A stretch of 63,393 nt of DNA, counting the filler, from Syncephalis fuscata S228 (taxonomy: Eukaryota > Fungi > Zoopagomycota), in the NCBI GenBank assembly GCA_025786725.1. It is 5 parts of 5 records of this genome, joined end to end, with 100 filler letters (N's around TTAATTAATTAA, not from the genome) between each part and the next. Parts side by side here need not be neighbours in the genome. Positions count along the whole stretch, not along the records: positions 31,590 to 56,109 come from JAHLTZ010000129.1; positions 56,210 to 61,408 come from JAHLTZ010000338.1; positions 61,509 to 63,393 come from JAHLTZ010000361.1; 2 more parts are not named here. One strand, written 5' to 3'. Shown piece by piece: positions 51,556 through 63,393 of this stretch; the stretch's first letter is position 1, and each line of letters starts with the position of its first letter. A program made the translations under genes and the position numbers. The notes beneath the pieces were generated by a model. That model was not told the DNA's origin, ran no database searches, and saw only the letters and a list, made by a program, of their open reading frames with translations.

Positions 51556-54483
51556 TTATGCTAATAGGTGAGTGTAGATGCGCGAATCTTCATGAACGGC
51601 CATTTCTTTCGCTTTAAATTCGTTGAGTTCCATTTTAATCGCTTGGGCTAGTGCAGGGGTTAATCTAATAATAGATTCACCACGACGGTCATATTCAGTA
51701 GCTGGCCATGTCTCGCCTACAAGAACACGTTCATTAAATCGGAATCGCTTAGGTTCTTTGTCCACCACCACCACCACCATGGATTTAGAAGTAGTACTAT
51801 TGTTATTGTTATGTAATTGTGGTGGTGGTGGTTGACTACTAGTCTGAAGGGTCGTGGTCATATCACTACCACTACCACTACCACTAATATCTTCATCATT
51901 GTTACTAAGTGTAGATGAGGAGACCTTTAATGGTCCATCTGCTTCATTCACAGTGGATACGGCAGTAGATGAAGATGCCGGGGTTAGTAGTGCTTCACAG
52001 GAAGAAGAGGCCGATGATGAAGTAGAAACAGATGACTCGGCCTCTTCATTCGATAGTGTAGATGAAGATGAACCAGATTGAGATCGAGTAACATCCAATA
52101 CAGATAGTTCAGATGCTGATGATGTCACTTCATTACTACTACTATCATTCTTATAACTAGAATTTCTATTAGTCCATGGGGCAGGTGAAGATGGCATACG
52201 AGCCATTTCTGGACTAGTACCAATACCACTAGCTATAAACAAACCCCTAATTAATACTTATACTATGTGGATGTCTATTAATTACCTTTTAGAATACTAC
52301 GACTGGGCATGGGTCGGTCTTTTGTACTGCCGGTTGATATTAACGATGATTTGGAATCATTTTGATTATGTTCATGATGTGCAAATAGTAACTGATTACC
52401 TAATGGTTGCTCATCTTCATCGTCACTTTCCTCATCCTCCTCCTCTTCACTACCTTCTTCTGTTGAATATACATCATCGTCATCTTCATTTAATTGATTC
52501 ATTAGTGTGGTCTTTTCCGCTTCTTCTTCTTCTCCTTCAGAAATAGTCAATGTATTCATATTCTGACGATGAGTACTGTCATTAGATGTGCCATTGGATG
52601 GGGTTGACATGCCTTGTCCAGGTACCATTAATGAAGGGTTGCCAGTAGGACAGGTTCTTAGAATAGGCTCTGATAAGTTTCTCTGTCTATAGGCTTCCCA
52701 TTGTGCATTGTTATGGTTGTTATGGTTGTTGTTATTGGACTACTGGGAATGGTGGGTTATCGTGTATTAAAGGCAACATTAACATGGCCACCATTCACAT
52801 ATTATGAACGGAGTGCATTTGAGATGACATCACAGAATTAGAATACATATTATTTGACATACTATTTGCATTGGCGGGAGAGAAATACGGAGATGCTGGA
52901 CGGCCCATTTGAGGCATCCACGAATGACGTTGCATCATTTGATTTGCATTCATTACCGGTGCAGGTTGTGGATGGAATGGTGACTGTGGTGACTGTTGTT
53001 GGCCATTGAATGGTAAAGATGCACCAAACATGTGTTGTGGTGGAGGTGTTACCATTATTGAGGTGAACATAAAGGTCTAACTACTACTACTACTGCTAGA
53101 TGGATGTATAGTGGTGGGTGTTGTCATCGTCATCATCATTTGCAGTATTGGCAGTAGTAACGGTTGTAGTGCCACTAAATGACTTTGCTCTTGAATGAGA
53201 AGCGGATGATGATGATCCAAGTGGTGAAGGGGCCACTGGACGTCGATAACACCATTATTGCCATTGCCATTGCCGTGGAATGAGGCAGATCTAGATTCAC
53301 GTGTCATATTGGCTATATTGCCACTGGTATAATGGTTATTGTTATGGTTATAGTGGGCTATATTGGCCGGTGCGGAGGCTAATGAACTAGATGACCCATT
53401 TTCACCACCGTACATCGCGTAAATGTTACCATTGGCCATACCAGGTGAATCGTGTCCACTACTACTACCACCACCATTATTATTGGTGTAGGTGCTGCGA
53501 CGTGAACGGTGAGTACCATTGCTACTAGCACTGCCACGTCTTTGTTGTTGTTGTTGATAGGATGCTACTGAATGTTGTCCAAGTGAACTCACCGATCCAG
53601 TAGACGATGTATGTATCATGCCATTGCCATGCCTGATCTATATTGAACTGAACAAATGGATGATGATGACGATGAGAATGAAGGACGGCCACCGTTAAAT
53701 GGTTGGTGATGACTGCCGCTGCTATTGGTGCCTTGATAAATAGTGGTACGTTCGTTGTTGCTGGAGCTGCCGGCACGACGACGTTGACTACTAGAACTGT
53801 GGCCATATTCTTTATTGCGTGTACTACCACTACCACCATTGCTGGTGTAGTTGGAGTGTTGAGAGGATGTAGATTTACGCGATGCCGATGCCGTATAATG
53901 ATCTACACCTTTGCCTTTAATATGATCGGGTGTATCGGGTCGTGATCCAGGTGCTGATGCAATAGCCTTTTTTACGATCACTTGATTTACCTTCTGAGTC
54001 ACTGCCACGGCTTTTATCAAACATATTTGATGCACTGAAGACACGTCGGAGACGCTGGGCAATGTTTGAACGTACACTTGAATTGCTACGAATACTCGCC
54101 GTGTCTGAATCCTTTAATCGTTGATTGACCGATGAAAGTTCTGGGGTAAATGTACCTGATGCCATTGTTGTATTCGTTGTAGTGGATGTGCCACTATTGG
54201 ATGCTGTATCCATGCCGGCGGTAGATTGAGCATGGCTGTTGGATGAAGCGTTGTTGTTTTGGTTGCGTTTAAATAAATCACCGGCCATAAATAAACTGCG
54301 TCGATTGCTGTTACGCCCTTGCGACGCCTGCGTTCGCATATTGGCGTTCAAATCCGTTAGAACAGCTGCGGTGGCTGCCGATGAGCTGGCTTGTGACTGT
54401 GGCTGGTGTTTTCCATTAGTGGCACTTTTGTTTCCTGCTTCTTCACGTCGATTCGATTGCTTCTTTCCACTGGAACGAGCCAT
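51556..54483 (-). CDS. BNI4/PHACTR-like protein phosphatase 1 targeting subunit, low complexity, with introns and/or frameshifts
   Basis: C-terminal KRFRFNERVLVGETWPATEYDRR..RLTPALAQAIKMELNEFKAKEMAVHEDSRIYTH, an RSILK motif upstream, and a chain of same-strand ORFs from 54483. Confidence 0.8.
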
Positions 54484-56209
54484 AACGAATAGCGATGCAG
54501 ATGACTGTTGTAGTTAGTGCAGGTATGGTTGCTATTGCTGTTATAGTTGCTATTGTTTGGTCGTCCGATAGTAGTGCTCGATATAAATGCTTTTATCAAC
54601 TTAATCTTTGAAATCCACGTATATAAAAGACCAATACGTATAGTAAATAGTCAACAAGAATAAGTAACAACGGCTGTTGTACCAGCAACAACAACGACTG
54701 TAATACTTTAACTGTCACTGTAACAACAGCCTATGTTTAATAAGTAAACGCGTCAATGTTGGCTATTCAAATAATAACGTTAGTATACTGCCAATAATAA
54801 GAATAATAGCAATCGTTATTCGTTTTAATTAATGTGTAGCTTATTGGCTATACTTTTAATATAGCCAATAGTTCAAATTAATAGCTATATAGATATATCA
54901 TATATAGATATATTATATAATAACTATCAATCGCTTATAAATGTACTATTAATAATACGGCTATTACTATTCACTATTAAAGGAGATATATCGTAGTAAT
55001 AATAAAAAAGATAGAAAAGGGGCGGTCATACAATATATGCTCAATAAACAATTTATACAAATAGATTCGGAAGTAGATCAATTCGTTCCTGCCACTCAAC
55101 CAACCAATGACACTTCGGAGAATGAAATGAAGTGCCGTAATGATCTAAATAACATTCATGCGCCACTTCAATCTTAATAAACTTCTTAGAACATCAACAC
55201 TTAAATAATACCTTTGTTAAACAAAGCATATCCACCTAGACAAACAAGCGGAGCAATTGACTGCCGTGTTTAGTTGTCATCAAGGAGCAATCAAGGAGAA
55301 TGGTGGCATTAAACAAGTACCGCTTGCCGTAGTGGAAACAGTGAAGCATGTTTATATGCACTTCAAGGAGCGAGAAAGTGAAAATAGGATCGGATATTAA
55401 AATATCATGATTTGGTTACTATATTGAGTCATCGACTATTTGTCTCACTAGTCTATTATTATACTCTAAGCGGCGACAAATAAAAGCAATATTCATAAGC
55501 TACAAGCACTAATAATAAATGGATAAATAGATAGATAATAGATAGATGGATCGATCGATAATAATAGACAGATACAGATATGTACTCACGCATAGTCACC
55601 TACAGTGTCTGTCATCTTGACACTCCATAATCACGCCCCTATATGACTTACATAAACAAAGATAATTCGCTAGGCAATAGACGCTTTAACTTGACAAAAT
55701 TGAAATGAATGAGTCACAGACAAGGAAGGGGCACGGTGTGCACGGGGTAGAGATAAGAAGTGGTAGAGATAGAGATAGTGGTGGTAGTAGTGGCGGTAAT
55801 AGCAAAAGAGAAGGAGTGAAATAAAAAGGATTGAGTACTTGGCTAACTGATAGACAGACAGACAGACAGACAGACTACTGAAAAACAAGTTAGATAGTTG
55901 TAGTTAACCGGTTTTATTGTTGTAGTGGCGACTATAATGGTTGGTGTTTTGTTGTTGTTGTTATTGTTCACCAAGGCCGTTGAAAGGAGAAGGACAATTG
56001 TGCACGCAAAAAGAAGGAAAAATGAAAGGAGGAGAAACGTTGAAGGTCAATATGGAGGTGGCAGTTATAGTGATGACAGTATAATAAAGGTGTTTAATAG
56101 TAATAGTCANNNNNNNNNNNNNNNNNNNNNNNNNNNNNNNNNNNNNNNNNNNNTTAATTAATTAANNNNNNNNNNNNNNNNNNNNNNNNNNNNNNNNNNN
56201 NNNNNNNNN

Positions 56210-58713
56210 CAGCTTAAGGTGAAAATCCGCTTCGTTGGAGAATATTCGTCGTCCAAATCTATTAAAGCCTTCTTTATGTTCCTCCTTTACAAATTCATCC
56301 CACTTGTACATAGTAAACACTTCATCCATATAAAGGTCAACAAAAGGCGCCACATTTCCTGGTCCAAGACGATGAGTACAGAAATATTGACAGGCTTTAT
56401 CAAAATGATAGTGTTCAGTCTTAATATGCTTGTGATATTGGCAGTCATCCACTTCTAAGTTGAATTTATAAACTGGGCCACTCGGCAGACTATTAATGAT
56501 AGGCAATGATTCGGCTACATCAGTAAAAGTATCAGTATCAGAGGTATTAGTTAAAGTTACAGTAATCCTGTCAGTTTCGAATTGGCTAAATTCAAAAATG
56601 GCTTTCAGTTTATCAACAGTATAAATGTCACTTGTTGACCAACGATTATCATCTGAATTAGACTCGATAAGGTTAGGAAGAAAACAAGCACTAAATCTAG
56701 ACGGCGATGGTTTTTTAACGTTTGGCCGACAGTGTCGCGCCACTGAGATCTGTCCATCGGGCGGTGGAATACTGCCGATAACATATAGCTAAGCTGGGCA
56801 ATAAAAGACAGGTGTTGATCTGAGTATCTGTTGCTGACCGAAAGATAATTTGTCTCTACCAGATACCACAAAGCGTTAATTCTATTGCCAGCATAGGACC
56901 AAAGCTGATCAGAATAATTCCAAACAACTTTTTCGTACACTTCAACTCTATAAATAAAAATGTTAGCAAGTATAGTAATTTAAATTTATATATTACCCAA
57001 ATTTGTCTTCTATGTTTTGAATGTCGGTATTAAACTCGGTCATAATTAACCGGAATTCAAAACGAACACCATAATTCTTCTTTTTCATCAATTCAATATT
57101 TTTTTCGATTAATTTCTAAAAAGAAATTAATTACAAATCAATAATTGACCATAATTTTGCAAGCACTTACTATAAACTTAATGGCACCTCTGCCTTTTTC
57201 AAGTACTTCATTTGGGCTGAAATCACGTCCATGACGATCAGAATTGCCTGAAGCTCGTGTATAGAAGGCGTGTTTGCTCAGGCTGTAGACTTGCATATTT
57301 ATCAGCCTCGAGCGAACAGTGTTGGTGTGTTTAAAACCACCAAAATTTTCAAAGTTGCAAAAACTATCATAACGACGAGTTGCTATGAATATAGGTGAAA
57401 AAGTCAGTAAACAATAAAATATGATTTGGCAAAACGCATATATATATATATTCTAGCTTACCACTAGCCAAACGGATGGGATCATCACTAAAAAAATGAA
57501 AAGCAATGTCATCATGGTCTTTAACAAAACCAGTTAACGGATAATTACATTCGATAGGTAAAATAGAAAATCCAACATCAATATATGTTTTATCTAAAGG
57601 GATAATGTCCCAATTCAAGTTGAAAGTTTCTAATATTTTTCTAGGCGAATGCAGTGAAATAATACCTTCATCAGGGTACCTTTTTTTAAATCCTAGTCCC
57701 CAAACGATGAAAAAAAATGAATCAAAGTCCTTGGTATCAGGATTATTTAATATTATTCTACGCATTTGCGTAAGAAGTTCGTCTACTGTATCGGAATATA
57801 AACTAACGCTAGTGTTTACTTGAGTAGAATCGTATGATAAAGGAACAGACAAAACTTCACTGTCAGATAAATTATTAAGGGCAGGTATAAGTACCGAATC
57901 CACAAAAAGCTTATGAGTAGCTTGATCAACAGCATATGTATGCTTTGTTTGATTCAAGGATCGCTTATAATACAAGGCGGGAAAACATATTACAACCTAT
58001 AATTAAACAATAGTAAAATCACCAATGATTAGCTTAAATAAAACGTATTTTTGTATACATTACCTGTAATTTACCGAATTTAGCAAAATTTAAATTTGGT
58101 ATATGGAATATTTTAACGTCTTCACCTTTTGTTAATGTATGGTGATTATAAACAACGCCGGTATCAGACTTGTAAGAGAAATTGTAATTGGCCCTGACCA
58201 TTATATCGATGTCACAAGATGTGACAGGTATTGTTTTAATTTCATCGCAAACTATCGCAATTGAATCAATGTCTCGACGTATTTTAGTTTTGGGGGATTC
58301 ATCAGAAAAGTTTTTAACACAATATTTGTCTTTTAAATCACCAGACACTCCTTGAATATGTGTACGGACATAATTAATATTTCTAAGATGATAAGGGGCA
58401 TCGCTTTGCTTATGATCATGCTCTTGAGTGTATCCCTCAAACACGCTGATATTCATACTGCCTATAGTGAAGCTGAAGTTAGAGTCGTTGCTACAAATTG
58501 TACAATATACAGATTAAAATGATACTTACATGTTGAATCATCAGAGGTTATAGGCACGGGACTACTATTCAATTGTTTGACACGAGCACGCTTGAATAAA
58601 GAAGTAGTATTAGGCTGATTAGCTACACTAGAAGTAGATTGCTCAGCTACACTAGAAGCTGGTTGCTCAACGCGAGCACGCTTGGCAAAATACGTAGTAA
58701 TGAGAGAGAACAT
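56210..58713 (-). CDS. Uncharacterised multi-exon protein, 3' end lost in the gap; possibly associated with a mobile element
   Basis: Same-strand exons separated by short GT-AG introns. Motifs YIDVGFSI, FGGFK..NMQVYSLSK and NYGVRFEFRL. Duplicated N-terminal KRARV NLS-like motif. Confidence 0.65.
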
Positions 58714-59279
58714 TTGAGTATTTTTTGCTTAATGTAACCTGATGAGATACACTGAGTATGCAGATTACTTGGACAAGTGACAAAGCACAAGTTAGAGAGA
58801 AATAAACGTAAATTTGTATAAAAATTGATCATGTTTTTATTTGTGATAACTGGTGTGTTTATATATTGCTCTAGTTGATAGCTAGTATTAGAGTAGAACA
58901 ATATACAAGAAAATAAAATAATAAAAATAAAAATAAAAAATAAAAATAAAAATAAAAAATAAAAAATAAATAAAAATAGTATTTGCCATGTGTGACTGAC
59001 TAGTAATTTAGTGGCCACGGAAATGGCCACTTTGTTACAATGTTACTGTAACAAAATGAAGGTGTATGCGCATGTTATTTTGCTAAAATAATAATAACAT
59101 ATTTCAACACCACCACTCATTTAACAATAGTACTAGTATTTTATTTAAACGTCATTTATATTGTGTTACGTTAATATTTAATAAGCTGTTAATAATTTGG
59201 TAATCAAATCATTACATTTAATAATACTTATTTCATTGAATATAATGCTAGGTGATGAATAACATCAATCATCAAGCCA

Positions 59280-59560
59280 TTTAATTACAATCCGATTTAT
59301 AATAAAATGACTAATTTAATAATATTTGTCCCATTAAAACCTGCCATTCGTTCTATTGGATATAGAACTGGTGGTGAGTGGTACCAGCTGTCAAAATACT
59401 TATTATCGTGGATTTATTATCCAGTACACATCTATATTTTATTTACATATATCACTATAATTCTATTGAAACACTACTATATAGCATCATATGATACACT
59501 AGACACATTTTGTTTATTATATGCGGCAACACACCTCACTTAATCCACTTATTACGCTGT
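59280..59560. mobile_element. MITE-like family 1 fragment in reverse orientation
   Basis: GGTGGTGAGT..GATTTATTATCCAGTA..ATGATACACTAGACACATT is the reverse complement of the family arm. Confidence 0.55.
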
Positions 59561-59703
59561 ACATTCATTATATTGTATGCCATTTATTGTATAATGCGTA
59601 AGAGCTATGCAACACCATTGCTGTTTTGCTTCTAGATCTATTATTAAATAAGCGCGTGTTTATGTTTTAGGGCTTTTTATAACAAAAACGTACCTTAATG
59701 TTA

Positions 59704-61408
59704 AACCCTTTTGTGAGGGCACTTGAAATGGCCATAGTGGTACACTGTAACTTATCACTGTAAATTTGACGTTGTATACCATATGTGTTTTATTTTATAG
59801 CGTGTTGTTGTATATTGTTATACAGTATAATGGCCACGCTCTATCGATTGGCGCTGTCCATTTTACGCTAGCTTTATAGTTGAAACTGGCCATTCCTTAC
59901 ACTCAGTTCGCTAATTACCATATTACGCAGTCACAACTGGACACACTAAAAAATTAATAGTAAATTAACGAAAAAATATACAGCAAATCCGATTGGTTCT
60001 GCGTACTCAGACGACAATTCTGGTTATAATAAGCCAATAAAATGCGATGTGTAAATATTTATTGTTTTTATTCAGAATTGTATATGCATATCATAGCAAT
60101 ATTGGTCAAATATTGGTAAAAATAATAAGTATACAAATAAATTTGTTTATTTATTGCTATAATTTGTTTATTATGATAGTGTGTTGATTGGTGTATGGTA
60201 TACTGGCTACTGGGGGTCAATTCGGCCTATTCTAGTGCAGTCATTGCAGTCATTGCAGTAATTTCAGCTAATGACCAGTCAGTATGGTTCTTGCAGGTCA
60301 TTACTCGTAGTTCAGCTACCGTATTTTGTTTATTTTACGTAGTTTTACGTAGTTTACGCATCACTTGCTTCCCCAGCGTTGTTTTTAAGTATTTATCTAT
60401 GTAATGGTCACTTTACTCGTTGTATTTTACTCATATTGGCCTCAATCTGCACAGCACATTGCCACAGCACTACTGCTTGAGTGGCACCTTCCTAATATGA
60501 AGCCATTAGCGTGACCGTTTTTCGAACTCCAATACTAGGTCCCGTAGTGGTAGAACCCTTTTGTGAGGGCACTTGAAATGGCCATAGTGGTACACTGTAA
60601 CTTATCACTGTAAATTTGACGTTGTATACCATATGTGTTTTATTTTATAGCGTGTTGTTGTATATTGTTATACAGTATAATGGCCACGCTCTATCGATTG
60701 GCGCTGTCCATTTTACGCTAGCTTTATAGTTGAAACTGGCCATTCCTTACACTCAGTTCGCTAATTACCATATTACGCAGTCACAACTGGACACACTAAA
60801 AAATTAATAGTAAATTAACGAAAAAATATACAGCAAATCCGATTGGTTCTGCGTACTCAGACGACAATTCTGGTTATAATGGATCAATAAAATGCGATGT
60901 GTAAATATTTATTGTTTTTATTCAGAATTGTATATGCATATCATAGCAATATTGGTCAAATATTGGTAAAAATAATAAGTATACAAATAAATTTGTTTAT
61001 TTATTGCTATAATTTGTTTATTATGATAGTGTGTTGATTGGTGTATGGTATACTGGCTACTGGGGGTCAATTCGGCCTATTCTAGTGCAGTCATTGCAGT
61101 CATTGCAGTAATTTCAGCTAATGACCAGTCAGTATGGTTCTTGCAGGTCATTACTCGTAGTTCAGCTACCGTATTTTGTTTATTTTACGTAGTTTTACGT
61201 AGTTTACGCATCACTTGCTTCCCCAGCGTTGTTTTTAAGTATTTATCTATGTAATGGTCACTTTACTCGTTGTATTTTACTCATATTGGCCTCAATCTGC
61301 ACAGCACATTGCCACAGCACTACTGCTTGAGTGGCACCTTCCTAATATGAAGCCATTAGCGTGACCGTTTTTCGAACTCCAATACTAGGTCCCGTAGTGG
61401 TAGAACCC
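59704..61408. repeat. 850-bp direct tandem repeat, two copies plus the start of a third running into the gap
   Basis: AACCCTTTTGTGAGGGCAC at 59704 and 60554, and AACCC at 61404. The copies differ visibly only at 60031-60034 (AAGC) versus 60881-60884 (GGAT). Confidence 0.92.
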
Positions 61409-63393
61409 NNNNNNNNNNNNNNNNNNNNNNNNNNNNNNNNNNNNNNNNNNNNTTAATTAATTAANNNNNNNNNNNNNNNNNNNNNNNNNNNNNNNNNNNN
61501 NNNNNNNNATTTCTGTAATTAAAACCGAGAAACGGTGTATTTTCCAAATTGCCCTTTAACTATTTCGTAAAAAAACATTATTTAGCTTGTAAACAGGGTA
61601 AAAATGCCTTTGCTGTCACTTCCACTGCTTTGGCTTTCAATATCTGCATACATACAAAATAACACACAATGTTGATGCAAAAACAAGTTTAATGTATCAA
61701 ACTGATACTTTATACAAGTTTTTACTGCTATATATAAATCAATTGTAATTTTTAAATTAGAAAGTGCATTGATTAGTACATGTATGCATTCCATTTGACA
61801 CTATGCCCATTGCTATGGGGTAATCGTTGTTTCGAATTCACAAATCCATCACATTCAAGCATATCATGCTATATGTTGTGCAACTACCATAAGTCACATG
61901 GCGGCTAATCCAAATTATTTGAAATCGACTATACAATAAGTACTATTTGTAGGGTGATGCATCACGGCATTTTGAGTAATGGAACATTCCAACAAATCAC
62001 TTTTATCAGTTTCTCAGCTGTAGACTAAATTGCATTACATAAATTATATGCAATACAATATGTAGACACTAGACTAGACACAATAAAAGCTCTGGCCAAT
62101 TACCAGCAATTCGAGTGCATAGTGGCTGTGGATCGTATACTAACCGGTAATCATCCAAAACCTAAGTGCTGTCCACATTTCTGAAACCACTTCTGACAAG
62201 TTAAGCAAGATGGGATGTAGAAGAACAAGTTAAAGCAGAAACCAAGGGAAAACAATTAACAGCTCAAGGGCTTACTGGTTTAGCTTATAGCAAACTATTA
62301 TTGTCATACAATGTTAGACTGAGTTTATCAACGACCCAACTGTTGATGATGCAGCTAGAGCAATAGCGCTAAACGAAAGTAACGCATTAAAGCAATAGCA
62401 TTGTACATAGCATTTAATAAAACTGCAAAATACACACATGCTGTTATGCTTTGAATTGTATAAGGGTAGTATTTGAGGCGAGGGTGAACAACCGACAAGA
62501 AATTAGACAATAGTGGATAATATTGTCAACAAATAGCTACTCATGAGGGCATTAATAGGTTAAAATAAAGATTAATATAGTTACATATCATAAGCAATGA
62601 TTCCATAATGTTGTAAGTTATTAAACAGGAGAAAAGGAAATATTTATCTATTAGATCGAAATGCGTACTCAGAATCATTTATGTCGGTCATTTGTTTCAT
62701 AAAAGCATATACAACTAAAGTAAATTGTAAAGTAGTATTAGCACCATTTTCAACTATAAATATGTAGTTTATATTATGTGTAAATTTGTAGTAATTTAAT
62801 ATCAGATATTGTACTAATAAGATATCAGTTTAACTGTTATAATGTCGGTCCTCTGTCTAATTCACTTGACAATAAAAATGACAGGATGTTGTTACGGTAT
62901 TGAATTACGGTATTATGGTCACATAATTATCTATCATACGATGATCCATGACATCCATCATGTAATCGAACAACATGCCGATGGTAACATGTGAATAGTC
63001 ACAACAGCAATATACTAAATACTAGTACTAACAATCATAAACAAACAGCTATCCAAAGACATAACCAGTAAATAACAAGTATTTACTAACACATGATCAG
63101 TCATATGAACAAAGGTCAAGTTCCATTAACAATGGTATTTACTATAAACAACTAGCTTTATTGGAATTATAATAAACATATCTATATATTTGGTTATATG
63201 TTATTTTATCTACTTTAATTAAAAATGCTATTCGGCTATTAAAAGCTTAACTGGGGTAATTGATAATTAAAAGGAGAATCAGTTATTGACTATTTTATAA
63301 TAGCATCAGGTTCATGTTATACTAAGGCAAGCAATTAATTAGTAATTACTAACGATTAAATGATAGAAATATAAACAAGGCGATAGCCATTAA

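Noticed and set aside
58738-58775. Hammerhead ribozyme (CTGATGA followed by a short stem)
   Set aside because: No GAAA follows stem II. The same applies to CTGATGA near 43194.
60195-61254. Duplicated 69-aa protein
   Set aside because: It lies inside the 850-bp tandem unit with no recognisable motif; identity reflects DNA duplication.

Overview
AT-rich eukaryotic genomic DNA with short GT-AG introns and fungal-type genes. It looks like an early-diverging fungus, possibly Zoopagomycota or Mucoromycota (inference from gene content and composition only). Four 100-bp N gaps with a TTAATTAATTAA linker join five contigs, so adjacency across gaps is unproven. Recognisable genes: a PRXL2/SelU-like redoxin, a UBE2E-type E2, an RS-rich protein, a NUDT5/YSA1-like Nudix hydrolase, a UIM protein with a RAD51AP1-like tail, a secreted GPI-like protein, a UPF0014 permease, PHB1, VPS27 and a BNI4/PHACTR-like PP1 regulator. 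Several carry small frameshifts that look like assembly indels. The most unusual region is 31.6-40.6 kb. A 4.4-kb tyrosine-recombinase retrotransposon (gag, RT-RNaseH-N6A methyltransferase, YR) with identical 129-bp direct repeats sits at the centre of a nested palindromic array whose hairpin loops occur in flip and flop orientations, next to a 5-kb gene-free AT-rich tract. Also present: a tRNA-derived SINE with a 20-bp target-site duplication, a dispersed MITE-like family, nested perfect 25-bp inverted repeats around a minisatellite, an unknown multi-exon gene with Rep-like motifs, and an 850-bp tandem repeat.
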